From assembly GCA_951406725.2 (NCBI GenBank), contig OX597831.1, positions 54,374,001 to 54,438,000 on the forward strand: a stretch of 64,000 nt of DNA, written 5' to 3'. The notes under the pieces were generated by a model, which had not been told where the DNA came from, did not search any database, and saw nothing but the letters and a program-made list of their open reading frames with translations. The stretch comes from Octopus vulgaris (taxonomy: Eukaryota). Both the position numbers and the translations under genes were made by a program. Position 1 is the first letter of the stretch. Each line of letters opens with the position of its first letter. Positions 62,755-64,000 of this stretch are shown here, piece after piece.

Positions 62755-64000
62755 TTATATATATACACATTTATGTATATGACAGGCTTCTTTTGGCTTC
62801 CATCTACCAAATCCACTCACAAGGCTTTGGTGAGACTGGGCCAAAGGAGGAGATACTTGTCCATGGTGCCACACAGTTGGATAGAACCTAGAACCATATG
62901 GTTGGGAAGCAAACTTTTTACCACAGAGCCATTTTTGAATCAATGAATATGTTTTTTTTGCCTCATAATACATTGCATAGTAGGAGCAATGTTGAAGACT
63001 TTGTCTTCATGTTACATATATAAAGCAAGACAGCTTAGGAGAACTAAAATCTTTCTGTGCTATAATAACCTTAGGAAAAGTTGTACTCAGCCCTGCAAGC
63101 TCATAAAACACTTTGCCAGTCAATTTTACAATGCTGCTGCTACCTGCAACAGTGAGGCATGCTTACTATGCTGTACTTCATTTATAGCAAAATGGGTGTG
63201 ACTGCTTGAAAGTTAAGTGTCTTAACTATATAAGCAATTCTGCTGACCACTTGACCAGTTTTCCAATGGTAACCACTAACATAGTCATTTGTATTCCCTT
63301 AATAAATGACATAAACTTTTAGAAAAAAAATAATTCTGTCTATTGTATTAAATTGCTGTAATATTATGTATGTGTGGGTAAGGCAGTGGGTTGTCAGAAT
63401 TGTTAGCATGCTGGGTGAAATGCTTAGTGGTATTTCATCTGTCTTTACATTCTGAGTTCAAATTCCAATGAGGTCGACTTTGCCTTTCATTGTTTTGGGA
63501 TCGATAAATTTAGTACCAGTTGCATACTGGGTGGATCTAATCAACTGGCCCCTCCCCACCCCCCAAAAATTTCAGGCCTTGTGCCTACAGTAGAAAGGAT
63601 TAGGTATGTGTGGGTTTAAGTTATTTTGCTCATATAGTAGATTTTCAAACATAGGCTTCTTTGAGTCTTAGGAACAGCATATCTTGCTGCTTGCTGTAAT
63701 TAAATTTAGATAGAAAATAATAGATAAAAGTCCCCACCCATTACAGAATAATTCACTCCTGTGTCTGTATCTTAGCCCATCAAAAGACTATCTCAAGAAA
63801 CTGAGAATATATAATTTTGCTATTGAGAGTTGTAAAAATAGATGAAGACATGGCCGTGAAGTTAAGAAGTTTGCCTTGCAACTATGTAATTTCAGGTTCA
63901 GTCCTACTGCTTGGTACCTTTGGACAAGTGTTTTCTAATACAGCCCTGAACTGACTAATGCTTTGTGAGTAAATTTGATGGACAGAAACTGTGTGGAATC

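Overview
AT-rich, repeat-dense animal genomic DNA. The SINE families, microsatellites and gene structure look like coleoid cephalopod (probably Octopus) sequence; this is my recognition, not a database result. The window holds the 5' part of a minus-strand kinesin-6 gene (KIF23/MKLP1/Pavarotti orthologue). I rebuilt 14 GT-AG exons by hand (ATG at 45743, last visible exon 452-590; 1399 nt, all phases join), covering the whole motor domain; the gene continues off the left edge. Its putative promoter (~45810-45930) carries CHR-like, CCAAT, MYB, E2F-like and E-box motifs. Nearly everything else is transposon-derived: tRNA-derived SINEs, decayed mariner/maT transposases, Tc2-, piggyBac-, hAT- and MULE-like MITEs, CR1/RTE LINE fragments and a tiny solo LTR. 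The best leads are: (i) about nine minimal type-I hammerhead-ribozyme motifs of several sequence families in Penelope-like, often palindromic elements, one lying in the pre-mRNA sense just upstream of the P-loop exon; (ii) a candidate frame-preserving 18-nt microexon in motor loop L10; (iii) several long intronic inverted repeats that could be ADAR substrates; (iv) MITEs carrying TTAGGG repeats. I saw no prokaryotic-type system. I cannot show from sequence alone that any of this is undescribed.
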